Assembly: GCF_001194135.2 (NCBI RefSeq)
Contig: NC_069002.1
Span: forward strand, 35,042,155 to 35,106,154
Direction: 5' to 3'
Source of the DNA: Octopus bimaculoides
Lineage: Eukaryota
Length of the DNA: 64,000 bases
A program made the position numbers and the translations under genes. Shown here piece by piece: positions 1 through 11,670 of this stretch. Within the stretch, counting starts at the first letter, position 1, and every line of letters starts with the position of its first letter. The notes below the pieces were generated by a model, which was not told the DNA's origin, did not search any database, and saw only the letters and a list, made by a program, of their open reading frames with translations.

Positions 1-70
1 CTATATATATATATATATATATATATATGACTATATATATATATATATATATGACTATATATATATTCAT
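1..70. repeat. (TA)n microsatellite interrupted by TGAC
   Basis: Direct reading: TA runs separated twice by GAC. Confidence 0.9.
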
Positions 71-614
71 ATATGTGTATGTGTATCTATAAATATATGT
101 ATATGCACATACACACGCACGCATATACACATACACCAACGCATATATCTATAATATGCAATCGCATATACCTGTCTATCATTTTCTCTACTTTCTCTCT
201 CTCTCTTTCTCTCCTTCTCTCTCTCTGCACATATGTATATATTTATGCATACGTGTATATATGTGAGTGTATGTATATATACACACACGCACATACATAC
301 TCACTTATGCATATATACATGTGTGAGAGTGTAAAAGAAATTGAGGAGAGAAACCTAAAGAAAAAAAATAATACTTTAGAATACAACATCAGAGATTTAT
401 TCTTAAATGTAAAATTTATTTTTATTCTGATAGAATTTTAGTTTTACCATTATCTTAATTTTTTCTGACATTTAAGGATATTTAGAATCTTCCTACTGAA
501 GAATTTCCAAGATATAGCGATATATCTCAGTGTATTTTCGAAAATGGCGCATATTAGATGGAATTACATCCCACATACATACAAACATATACGTAGGCAA
601 ACTGCATATATACA

Positions 615-653
<39 letters not shown>

Positions 654-957
654 AAAGAGAGAATATAGTCCTTGAACATTCGTTGTTATCTATTGCAGAT
701 ATAAATTATGTTCTTTTAAATCCATGCCAACCACAAATCAAACGGCGGGCATAAACACTTCAAATTTTATTTCTCTTCAAATGTACAAAACATCCCTCAA
801 CTATATACAATATGTGTGTAGTGAGTGGGTGTATGTGTGCGTGTGTGTGTTTGTTTGTGTGTGTTTGTGTGTGGGTTTGTGCATGACTGAGTATGGTTGT
901 GCGTATGTGTGATGGGGTACTGAATATGACTGTTCCTTTTGTGCATGCTTTTTGTGC

Positions 958-991
<34 letters not shown>

Positions 992-1039
992 AAACTCCTA
1001 CTTGTAACTCCTTATCAACCTCTTCTCTTCGCACCTCCT

Positions 1040-1440
1040 GCTTGTCACCATCATCCTCGCCATAATCATCGTCATCATCGTCACCAGCATCACATTCGCG
1101 CGGCCTCTCCGCTTCACGTTTCCCGCCAACAGCGTTTACCACTTCCCGGCCAGCTCCTACACTGCGTCGAAACCCTTACCATCACCATCGCCTGCGTCGT
1201 AACCATTTTCACCATCCTCATGATCATCGTCGAAACCATCAACCACTTCACTATCGTCCTCCGCATCGTTAGCATCAATACCATCATCATCATCATCATC
1301 ATCACCATTATCATCATGAAACTCATCGTCTCCGTTATCATAATCATACTATCATCATCGTCATCAACATCATCTTATGGATAGTGGTTATAGTCCTCAT
1401 CGTGGTTTTTTTTTATCATCAGCACCATCATCGTAAGCAT
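1040..1440. repeat. Degenerate (CAT/CAC/CGT)n trinucleotide low-complexity tract
   Basis: Repeated CATCAT/CACCAT/CGTCAT, giving His/Ile-rich and Asp/Met-rich artefactual ORFs. Confidence 0.85.
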
Positions 1441-1606
1441 CCTAATGCCGATGAGAAATTCATAAGAATTGTTGAAACATAAAATTTTGGAAAGTGAGTG
1501 TAGAATTTAAAAACAAGATATGCACATGCACACACGCTTAATACTTACATACATGTGCATACACACGCACACACAACACACACACACACACAACACACAC
1601 ACACAA

Positions 1607-1639
<33 letters not shown>

Positions 1640-2057
1640 CATATACATACACAAATACATATAAATATTTACGCATGTATGAATATGTGAATACACAGAC
1701 ACACACACACTAATATATATTTCAAAGTTTTTATATCGAGCTGTAAGCATAAACAATTTAACATTAATCTGAAGGATTTCTCCATAATGTTGCAGCGCGT
1801 ACACATCATATTTCTATAAGTCCGATGAAGACTAGCTGTGTGTGTGGGGGGAATGTGTTGGTGTGGGTCTCTTGTATTTTTTTATATTCATTTACATTCT
1901 TTCTCTGAAGAAGGTGCTGGTTTCTAACAACGATACAAAGCTGCATTTTTGGAATGTATATAACGAAAACAATGTCACACTTTAAAGTTAAGAAAAGTTT
2001 TGCACAATTTTACGGTTCTGTTTGCAGTTTATATTTGTAACGTGCGAACCAGTTGGC

Positions 2058-2088
<31 letters not shown>

Positions 2089-2801
2089 NNNNNNNNNNNN
2101 NNNNNNNNNNNNNNNNNNNNNNNNNNNNNNNNNNNNNNNNNNNNNNNNNNNNNNNNNNNNNNNNNNNNNNNNNNNNNNNNNNNNNNNNNNNNNNNNNNNN
2201 NNNNNNNNNNNNNNNNNNNNNNNNNNNNNNNNNNNNNNNNNNNNNNNNNNNNNNNNNNNNNNNNNNNNNNNNNNNNNNNNNNNNNNNNNNNNNNNNNNNN
2301 NNNNNNNNNNNNNNNNNNNNNNNNNNNNNNNNNNNNNNNNNNNNNNNNNNNNNNNNNNNNNNNNNNNNNNNNNNNNNNNNNNNNNNNNNNNNNNNNNNNN
2401 NNNNNNNNNNNNNNNNNNNNNNNNNNNNNNNNNNNNNNNNNNNNNNNNNNNNNNNNNNNNNNNNNNNNNNNNNNNNNNNNNNNNNNNNNNNNNNNNNNNN
2501 NNNNNNNNNNNNNNNNNNNNNNNNNNNNNNNNNNNNNNNNNNNNNNNNNNNNNNNNNNNNNNNNNNNNNNNNNNNNNNNNNNNNNNNNNNNNNNNNNNNN
2601 NNNNNNNNNNNNNNNNNNNNNNNNNNNNNNNNNNNNNNNNNNNNNNNNNNNNNNNNNNNNNNNNNNNNNNNNNNNNNNNNNNNNNNNNNNNNNNNNNNNN
2701 NNNNNNNNNNNNNNNNNNNNNNNNNNNNNNNNNNNNNNNNNNNNNNNNNNNNNNNNNNNNNNNNNNNNNNNNNNNNNNNNNNNNNNNNNNNNNNNNNNNN
2801 N
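2089..2801. other. Assembly gap (N run)
   Basis: N run. Other gaps: 8419-8428, 14110-14444, 18945-19533, 19762-20444, 23773-24147, 35537-35546, 38596-39048, 53358-53390, 54373-54529, 55226-55638, 58401-58650. Most abut (TA)n or (CA)n. Confidence 0.99.
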
Positions 2802-2807
2802 TATATA

Positions 2808-2971
2808 CGACAGGCTTCTTTCATCTTCCTTCTACCAAATCCACTCACAAGGATTCGGTCGGCCCGAGGCCATAGTAGAAGACATTTGCCCAAGATGCCA
2901 CGCAGTGGGACTGAACCCGGAACCATGTGGTTGGTAAGCAAGCTACTTACCACACAGCCACTCCTGCGCCT
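2808..2971 (-). mobile_element. tRNA-derived SINE family A, well-preserved 5' half
   Basis: Minus strand reads GGCGCAGGAGTGGCTGTGTGGTAAG (A box) ... GGTTCAGTCCC (B box) ... GCATCTTGGGCAAATGTC (CORE-like) ... GAAAGAAGCCTGTCG. The same motif recurs at 16387, 22388, 32050, 45240 and 45883. Confidence 0.85.
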
Positions 2972-3671
2972 ATGTATGTACATGTGTCTATGTTTGTATG
3001 TGTGTGCATGCATGTACATATAATAATCTGGTCTGTGCAAACATACAAGACGCATTGTCAACATTTCAAAAGAAACGTTATTAAGATAGACGCAGACAAC
3101 AATGCAGATTTCTCAGTTGTATTAGACATTTTTTTGCATGAAATATGTGACATCGATAACAATATAAATAGTATTGGTCCTCGGTCATGAGAGTAGAGCA
3201 CAAACGTCGCGCACATACAGACAGACACACAAATATGCGCGTATATGTATATACTAACAAACAGCAAATACCACTTGTAAGTAATAAGGAAAATGCTTGG
3301 TCATTTTTATTCACTTTTTCACACTAGTGTATAATGGTTTATGACTGTAATAAATATTGACCGCAGTAAACACTGACCACAATAATGTCGAACTACAATA
3401 AAATGCTGACCTCAATAAATTCTGGCGACAATTACAGTTGTTCTAACGGCATTTACCATTTTTCTGTTGTACCTATCATTTCTATTGTTTGCATTCATAC
3501 AATGTATTAAATATGAGCAAAGAAATACCGAGAGAATTAAACAAGACGAAGAAATCGTCATCACAATTTAACGATTTACTTTTTTTCAAAAGTGGCTTTG
3601 TTATACATTCTTTATGAAGAATCGTTGTTGTTATTTCTGTTGTTGTTGTCGTTGTTCTTGTACTTGCAGAG

Positions 3672-3792
3672 ACTGATTTTGCCTTCTATCCTTTCGGAGT
3701 CGATAAAATAGGTACTAGTCGAGTACTTAGATGTAGTCGACTAGTTGTCCCCACATCGATATTCCAAGCCGAATGCCTATAGTAGAGAGAGT
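3672..3792 (+). mobile_element. SINE family B, 3' fragment
   Basis: TTTGCCTTCTATCCTTTCGGAGTCGATAAAATAGGTACTAG body and GCCTATAGTAGA tail, matching the other B copies. Confidence 0.7.
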
Positions 3793-3837
3793 ACCCTTGT
3801 GGTCAATATAAAAGAAATAATAATAATTATTATTATT

Positions 3838-4060
3838 AAAGTGGAGAGCTTGCAGAATCGTTAGCTGCCGGGAAAATGCTTAGTGGTAGTCATCCATCGC
3901 TACGTTTTGAGTTCAAATTCCGTCGAGGTCGACTTTGCCTTCCATCCGCTTGGGTGTCGATAAATTAAATACCAGTGAAATACTGGGGATGACGTAATCC
4001 ATTAGCCCCCCTCCCCAAAAATTTCAGGTCTTGTTCCTTTAGTAGAAAGGTGTATTATTA
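3838..4060 (+). mobile_element. tRNA-derived SINE family B (Meta-domain-like), full length
   Basis: Head GCAGAATCGTTAG, B box GAGTTCAAATTCC, body GCCTTCCATCC...GTCGATAAATTAAATACCAG, tail TAGTAGAAAGG(TAT)n. Preceded by an (AAT/ATT)n tract. Confidence 0.85.
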
Positions 4061-4298
4061 TGGCTGTCAACCGTATAAGACACGTTGACTTCGGCTCGTA
4101 TTTTTTTTTTAATCTTTTTCTTCTCCAGAATATAACTATGCTTACACGTCATTCTGGACCAGTGTGGAGAATAGGGGAACCTTCTTCTGCTGGTGAATTT
4201 CTTTTTTTTTACTTTCTAAAGAACCCCTAATTTTTGTGGGACTTACCGATATAATTTTTCGCAGGAATGTTTCTTAAATTCTTCAAAATGGCAACAAC

Positions 4299-4521
4299 AA
4301 TAATAATCATTTCTATTATAGGCACAATGCCTGAAATTTATGGGGAGGCGTTAAGTTTATTACATTGACTCCAGTGCTCAACTGGTACTTATTTTATCGA
4401 CCCTGGAAGGATGAAAGGCAAAGTCAACCTCGGCGGAATTGGAACTCAGAACGTAGCGACGAACGAAAAAGCGGTAACAAATTCCGTCCAGCGTGCTAAC
4501 GATTCTGCCAGCTAGCCGCCT
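4299..4521 (-). mobile_element. tRNA-derived SINE family B, full length, inverted relative to 3838-4060
   Basis: Reverse complement reads GAGGCGGCTAGCTGGCAGAATCGTTAGCACG...GACTTTGCCTTTCATCCTTCCAGGGTCGATAAAATAAGTACCAG...CCTATAATAGAAATGATTATTATT. Confidence 0.85.
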
Positions 4522-4844
4522 CGTGAGAGAGTCAATTGTCAATGAATGATGGGGAAAGAAGGAGGAGAGTCATATGATGAAGAAAAGTGTGAGACAGTGT
4601 GTGTCTCGCCTGTTGACGTTGCTACTGACAGGGCAACGGCGGCAACCGGACTGAGTGGAAGGACTAACACCACCGCCACTACCGTTGGTGTTCAGGGAGA
4701 CTTGTACAGTGAGGTTCCTCGATCATCCCTAAAGGTCATCCTGTATCAGCAGGGCTACGTCTCCATCATCTCGCCTTTTGAAAACTGTGTAAACTATGTA
4801 TATTTCCCTTCCTTTTCATTACATACCGTGTATACTTACTCTTT

Positions 4845-5214
4845 TTACCTCTGCCTTGGCGAAGGCGGAGGTATTGGTTTTCAGTCGCGATTGTTTGTTT
4901 GTTTGTCCGTGGACAACATTTCTAAAGAACAGCTGGATGGATTCTCATGAAAATTTCAGGAATGTTTGGCCTTGTGACTGGTACGAACTGATTAGATTTT
5001 GGTATCCATCCGGTCCCGGACAAGAATTCTGGATTATTTTTCCGCTTTATTTTGTTTTTACTAAATTTTTGAGAGCGGTCAGGTTCATTTCAAGTATTTT
5101 CGTTTGTGAGAGCAGTCGAGTCTATTTCAGATATTCTCCTATTAAAAATCTTCTCCTGCTAATCGTTGAGAGGATGTTTGTGTTGCCTTGGCGGATGTTG
5201 ATCAGACGCTGACC
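4845..5214 (+). mobile_element. Non-autonomous Helentron-associated (HINE/DINE-1/pearl-like) element
   Basis: 5' hairpin ACCTCTGCC-TTGGCGAA-GGCGGAGGT followed by (GTTT)n microsatellite. Sub-terminal CCTTGGCGGATG at 5186-5197. This architecture is typical of HINE/DINE-1-type elements. Confidence 0.6.
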
Positions 5215-5313
5215 TTCCACAACGTAAAAATGTATTCAAACATGCCCCCACTGGCTTTCACAAGTCAAGGCTTAGTGAAGAATACCTCTGACACACTTTT
5301 TGACTCTTTCCAG

Positions 5314-5360
5314 CATCGGCTTTGATCATTCATATGTTTAATGAATAAAGTCCTACGAAG
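5314..5360 (+). other. Candidate exon (possible start MNKVLR at 5341)
   Basis: TTTTTGACTCTTTCCAG acceptor and AAG/GTGAGT donor. All frames are stopped from the acceptor, but ATG at 5341 is open to the donor. Confidence 0.25.
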
Positions 5361-6474
5361 GTGAGTTATACCTATAATTCGTTTTGGTGATTTCGAGATT
5401 ATAGGTATAAAAAGAAAAACAAAGTTTATACTCATTCCGAGATCTAGTTAGTATTAACGCTACATTTTGTGGCCAAATAAGTTTCCAAAATAATTAAGAG
5501 AATACTGTCAGAGCTCTGTGCGTATAGAGTACCAACTCTGACATTAAACTTAAGAAAAGACGGCAACCCCACGCAATCCTCATTTTTCAAAAAATAAAAC
5601 GAGTTTTCTCCATCACGTTCTAGTTAGTGTATAAGAATATCGATGCCTTGTACCTTTTTTTAGTTTTGTTTACATTAGACTAAAAACACTACGACCAGTT
5701 CATATATATCCCCATTATATCAATGATTTACCTTTCTTTTCTACCTTTTTGTGATGTGTGAGCTAGGTAGTCTGTGCATGGTAGATTGAGCGGCTAGAAA
5801 TAGCAGAGAAATATCCCTTAAATCCCACCACACCGACTTCAACGAAAAAAGTAGATATAACATACCTATATACTACCCCCACCCAAAAGACAAACATCGA
5901 TTAATAGAAAGTGTTGTTATTTCTTAAACATCTTGCTCTCTTTGAATTTTTAATCCCACCAGTATTGGCTTTCGGCCGTTTGTATCCCACCGGACTCGAT
6001 AAAAGAAGAACCTGATATGTATTGCGGACAAATCAATGAATTGCAGAGCTTGTTTACAACTTTATGGCTCGCTGCCAATCTAAGAATTATTTATTAAATT
6101 TAATGTGAAGCAGGCAATATGTATATTTTTACAAAGAAAGTCTCAAGAGATCACGCATCGGACCCGGTTAAGAAATCCGGTTTGAACTGGTTGTTTGACG
6201 TCGTTAATGTCATAGAGATAAATGCGGTTTTCACGAGCTTCCTGTTGCAAACTTTTCTTATCTTCTCTTGCAGTCTGTAAGTTCAAGTGTTTCCCATTGG
6301 GGCAGAAACCTAAATTCTAACAAAAGTAAACTCTATCTTTGAGCAAGATTTATCTCTCATCCTCTTAATACAATAGACATCTATACATAAAAAAAAAACT
6401 ATGTGGGTGTCTGTGTGCGGTAAGCCAAACTGCTACGAAGAGTAACTAAGTTCAATTAACATCGGTTTCAAATT

Positions 6475-6655
6475 CCGCACAAGGCCAACAATTTTGGGGA
6501 GGAGCAAATCGATTGCATCGACCCCAGGATTCAACTTGTTCTTACTTCATAGACCACGAAAGGTTGAAAAGCAAAGTTGACCACGGCAGAATTTGAACTC
6601 AGAACGTAAAGGTCGACGAGGTCGACTTTGCTAATGATTCTGCCAGATCACCGCG
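6475..6655 (-). mobile_element. SINE family B, degenerate, with a short internally inverted segment
   Basis: AAAGTTGACCACGGCAGAATTTGAACTCAGAACGTA and GCTAATGATTCTGCCAG. A sense-orientation GAGGTCGACTTTGC is embedded near 6620. Confidence 0.7.
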
Positions 6656-6723
6656 TAGGTCCTTCTAATATTTTCCCTAGAGTCTTAACTAACATGAAGA
6701 ACAGTTGTATAATGTATTTCTAA

Positions 6724-6942
6724 TACAGTTATTCCTCGCCATATCGCGGTTCACCTATCGCGGTTTATTATTTAAGCTTACGGCGATTCTTCCGTCGTGT
6801 TGTTTTGCATTTATAATAAATATACACAAATTATAAAAATTATTTTAAAATATATACAATATAGTACTCTTTCTACTTCATGGATGTTCACCTATCGCGG
6901 ATGGGTTTGGAAAGTAACACGTGTGATAATCGATGGATTTTA
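6724..6942. mobile_element. Tigger/pogo-like MITE (Tc1/mariner superfamily)
   Basis: TA + CAGTTATTCCTCGCCATATCGCGG left end; right end GTAACACGTGTGATAATCGATGGA; internal repeat TTCACCTATCGCGG at both ends. Confidence 0.6.
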
Positions 6943-8342
6943 ATTTTAGAATTAGTAGACATAAACTTAATTCAGATGGAATTGACTTCAGAGACAATAA
7001 CCTTATTATTAATATTTCTAGGGAGATGGATGGTATTAGCTAAATTGTTAATATTAGTAATTGGATTTTTATTTAACAGACTAATATTATGAAAGGGAGA
7101 TAACTTGTGAAAGATTCTTTGTATTGAAAAAAAACAACCCTAACCATGTGCGAGTTGATAATCGAGTAATACCTAGAATTCTTTGAAAAACGAGTCGATG
7201 GTGGAAGAAATTCGATAGTACCGTGCACCATGCAGGATGTTTTGAAATTCAACCTAATGAAAAAGTCCAAAAGTGAAACAAAAGCTTCTATTAAATAAAT
7301 GTACTCGATGATATACAGACGTATGTATGTCGTCTATCTTATTCCACATACTATTCTCGTTAACAAATTCAACAAAATATTACAAGTAAAGAATGTTGCT
7401 GTTACTAATAAAATGAACATTGGAAAATCTCTTAGAAAATTTGCACAACCTGCAAAATCAACTTGTCATTCTGTTGCCAAAAATTAAAGAAAAAGAATGC
7501 AGTAGCAATCGGCAAATTGAAATTGAACAGAAAAGAAGCAAAATGACGTTTTGTGAGAATTCGTCAGATGATGACATCCAGGTAAAAGATTCTGACACAA
7601 ACACTGTAACATTATCTCCGACGAAACATTCTTTAGTGCTTATTTTTATTATGCGGTTGTCGATTTTGTCTTTTCTACTCTAATAATAACAATTGAAGCA
7701 TTAAAGAAAATTTCTGTTCATTATTTCATTATTCAAGCAATATCTGTCTAAATTCGAAATTTTTTTTCTCATTAAATACTGTATGCATTTGTTGAAATTC
7801 ACAATCGCATTTAAATGGCAAACATCTTTCAAATGAATTAATGAACTTGAAAACTATTTGAAACTTTGGAGACCTACAGCATAAAATAAAGCATAAAATA
7901 TACAACTAATCGCAAGAAAACACCGTCCAGAATTTTGGAATCCAATCCGAATCCTTACGGGCAGATACAGGAAACATCTCCAATTCTTGTAAACAGTGAA
8001 ACTAAAGACTCCACAATAGCAGATTATATAGTCAATCGGATAGAGTGCGTCGGAATTCACGTGCACTCGGACACAATATACATCAATGCGCCGTAAAATG
8101 CCAAAATTCAACATGCCAAAAGTGTGCATCGTGTCTGAATAACTTCGTAAAATGCTTAACATAAAACGAAATAACCTGGTAAAATTTTAAAGAAGTAATT
8201 CACAAAAGGTCCGTCAGAATAAAATCTGCTGGTTATCGTTCGAATCAGCATGGAATGGAACTCAATAGAAATACTGATTTAACGTGCATCTTTTAAGAGA
8301 AGAATGGTTAGAGCAAATGCATTTCTAAAAACCGAAGCTATA

Positions 8343-8379
<37 letters not shown>

Positions 8380-8432
8380 CATACACTTAAAAGGATATAT
8401 ATATATACACACTTGAACNNNNNNNNNNACGG

Positions 8433-8463
<31 letters not shown>

Positions 8464-8795
8464 CCATTCAAGTATTGAGGATGTAACTTCCTCGTAAGGG
8501 ATTATTTTTAAAAATCCGGATACTAACTGGTGTTATCAAATATAGTGAAAGAAATTTCCACAATGTATATCTATAAACAGTCTAATAATGTGTAAAGTTA
8601 ATAAAAGAAAATGGAGAAGGAAGAATATATAGTAGTGGATACTTAGTTAAATTTATTTGCATGACAATGAAAAAGTAACGCATAAAAGAACCGGATCCAC
8701 AAAAGAATCTTACATGTATTACTTTTCCATTGTGATACAAATATATTTAACTAAGTATTCACTATATATTTTTTCGTCTCAATTTTATTTTAACT

Positions 8796-8834
<39 letters not shown>

Positions 8835-10803
8835 GCATGTTGATGCAACCAGGAAAAATAGAAATCAAAATATGAGTATATTTAATTTTTTATTAATATT
8901 TAGCAGAAGTAACACAGTGACGCAAGGTTCGAGAGATTCGTATGTTGGTACTGTGCTAACGCATGAAACTCTCCGATCTTGAGTCACTCAGTTACTTACA
9001 CAAAATATGAATACACACACACACATATGTCTGTTAACCCAGGTGATGTGTGGTGCTGAAACAAATCTTCCATCCTCGTGTCATATTATCTCTGTATTAA
9101 TCTTATGCAAAGAGGATTTCCGCATCTGTATCCAGCCCAGGAATATACTCTACTGCAGTATAACATGTGGCAGTTAACGACATAACAGCTCTTAACTACA
9201 CGTTACGCTGTTTTCATCCGACTTATACTAAATATATACACACATACACACATACACACAGCGAAAGAGAGAGAGATTTGTACATACATGTACATGCACA
9301 CACACATGCAAACATATGAATTTATTGAAAAAGATGTGCAAATGTATTTATTAAGCAGCTATTTAGTTCGAAAGATAATACATATATGTATCGAATAGAT
9401 ACACGCAGAAATAGATTTAATTTACGTCGGAAAGAAATGTCGGTGTGCGTATATGATTGGATAGCTGTATAGTTGGAGTAATATATTCAGGTAACCTTTT
9501 GATTCAACATTTATGCTCTTTGATAGATAAACAAGTGCATATACATGCCGGCGTTTATATATGTAAGCGCTATTGTTCTTACGTATAGTATTTGGAGTAT
9601 ATCAAATAGATACATAAGTATACATTCATTCGTGCATGAGATGCATATTAAATAGAATTGATGCATAATTGTAAACCTTTTCTGGTTGTGTCTATGTACT
9701 CTGACCCCAAACCACAACGCAATCCCCTTTATTCTTCTGAGTAGCAGGACTAGATAAATGATTATTCGATCCTATATTGAAGGAATTCACTTCTTTCAAA
9801 TATTTCCCTCCTATTCTACACAAGACTGAACACTCTAAGCCAGCATTTCAATATTAGTTTTATGTTTATTTAAATAGAGGCAAGGTAAAGAACGGATGTT
9901 AAAATTATTATTTCACGGATATTTGATGTCCATTTGATTTTCCGAGATAACTGCAGAATAGATTTCTGTACTCCATTGATATAGAAATTCTAAAGTCATG
10001 GCTCTTTAGTTGATGTCTGTGAAGATTGAATAGTTTCTATTCAGAGCTATATATCTCTGGTTAACCATTCTATTTTATTCAGCTTGTTTACGATAAGGAT
10101 AATATTCAAACTGGAACCCAGGTACTAGAATGGAACTATGCTGTATTACCTACTTATTTTCGGTATTAAAACGACGCAAATAAAACCGACTGGCTTTGAT
10201 CGTAGTCTGACATTAGCAACACTTGTATAGTAAAACTGATATTCGCCATCTATATATCGAAATATTTTATCTCTGAATTGTTTAAATTCTGAATAAATGG
10301 CTTTGATATTAACAAAGTGATACTAATATGTAACAAAGCAATTTATCGCTCCAACTTCGACTGTATAAACTATATCGCAAAAATATCCATTGTTATGACG
10401 ATGCTGGTATTGCGTATATAAATATATACATTATATATATGTATATACATATATATATGATATACATAATATAAATAATAGCTGTTTAGGATTGTAATTG
10501 ATGTTGTCATATCAGAATGGATACTTGATATTTGTGAGTTCATTATCTCAATGTTCTATTTAGTATGTAGGGTTATAGATATTAGATTGGAATTGGGTTG
10601 GGGCGCCGCCACCGGGTAATGTTATACTGCAATGCATCTCAAAAATTGGTAGGATGGAGTATGTTGTGTTGAGGACTTAAAAGCGGGTGGGCAAAAAATA
10701 CGGCTTTCAACTATTTAATTATTCAAACACTAAACTGAGCAAATACTAATTACACTGAGGTTAAAAAAAAATGTCCGTCGATGAGCAAAACACTTTCATT
10801 ACT

Positions 10804-10838
<35 letters not shown>

Positions 10839-11224
10839 TGTGGCATCTTATTGGTCGATTTAAAAACAATCGGTTGGCATCTGGCATATGTTAGGCTTAT
10901 ATAGTTAACACGAAAGTAACTATAATCGACGAATACATTTTATTAATGAATGCATCCAATATACTTCGTCCCATATTGAAATTATACATAAATTCCGATA
11001 AGACTAATGTGCAACTCTTACAGAAAAAAAAACAAAGTGAAATAGTATCATTGTATTGTGCATGAAACGAAATATTGCTTGTAATTGCTTAAATATTTTG
11101 AAAATATACCGTGCACACAAACGGCATTAATGATTGTGTGAAAGCTTCTACAACTGACTTAGGCAAAAGTCCCGTGTTGACCGATGACTTGCGATTGAAT
11201 TTGATAGCTAGAAGGCATGGTATT

Positions 11225-11459
11225 AAGGCGGCGTGCTGGCAGAAACTTTAGCATGCCGGGCGAAATGTATAGCGGTATTTAGTCTGGCGTTACGTTCTGA
11301 CATCAAATTCCCCCGAGGTCGAATTAGAATTTCATCCTTTCGGGGTCGATAAATTAAGTAACGGTTACGCACTGGGGTCGATGTAATCGACTTAATCCCT
11401 TTGTCTGTCCTTCTTTGTCCCCTCTGTGTTTAGCCCATTGTGGGCAATAAAGAAATAAG
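11225..11459 (+). mobile_element. SINE family B, full length, with 13-bp target-site duplication
   Basis: AAGGCGGCGTGCTGGCAGAAAC head to CAATAAAGAAATAAG tail. Flanks are AAGGCATGGTATT (11212-11224) and AAGGCGTGGTATT (11460-11472). Confidence 0.9.
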
Positions 11460-11494
11460 AAGGCGTGGTATTGTGTGGGTATGTGTTCCTCACC

Positions 11495-11670
11495 CCAACG
11501 TTTGAAAACAAGTGTTGTTTTGTTTAGTTCCCCATAACGCAAACATTTGGTCCAAAAGACCGATAAAATAAACTCTGAGATCGACTTATTCCTCTAAAAG
11601 ACTTCAGGCCGTTGCTCTAACAATATACATTGTCGCTGTTCAATGCTTGAAATAAATAAAAATCGAAAGG
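11495..11670 (+). mobile_element. Degenerate 3' half of SINE family A
   Basis: Resembles the A-family tail at 16580-16755 (CAAGTGTTGTTTTGTTTAG...GACCGATAAAATAA...GATCGACTTATT...CTTGAAATAAATAAAA). Confidence 0.5.

Noticed and set aside
67-1804. ORFs rich in YI/HT/VC/HH/II (e.g. 893-1384 His-rich, 801-1142 Asp-rich) and similar ORFs throughout the window
   Set aside because: They are translations of (TA)n, (CA)n and (CAT)n microsatellites, open on both strands, with no domain content.
1821-1840. CCGATGAAGACTAG start resembling a hammerhead core
   Set aside because: No helix II partner or GAAA follows.
1910-1985. KVLVSNNDTKLHFWNV and (4129-4192) LTRHSGPVWRI, both WD40-like peptides
   Set aside because: Too short, order and phases unverified, donors weak; such matches are expected by chance in 64 kb.
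2930-2971. tRNA-like heads as real tRNA genes (also 36690-36737, 62760-62812, 12448-12490)
   Set aside because: They have A/B boxes only, no complete cloverleaf, and continue into SINE bodies.
1988-3064. Long ORFs spanning N runs (also ~14000, 18900-20600, 23570-24220, 38440-39190, 54300-55700, 58090-58720)
   Set aside because: Their length is an artefact of X codons in assembly gaps.
3714-3746. ACTAGTCGA...TCGACTAGT inverted repeat
   Set aside because: It is part of the intrinsic hairpin of the SINE B body.
4560-4780. GC-rich segment with RRDDGDVALLIQ, faintly like a LINE APE endonuclease
   Set aside because: Multiple stops and only one weak motif, so it cannot be assigned.
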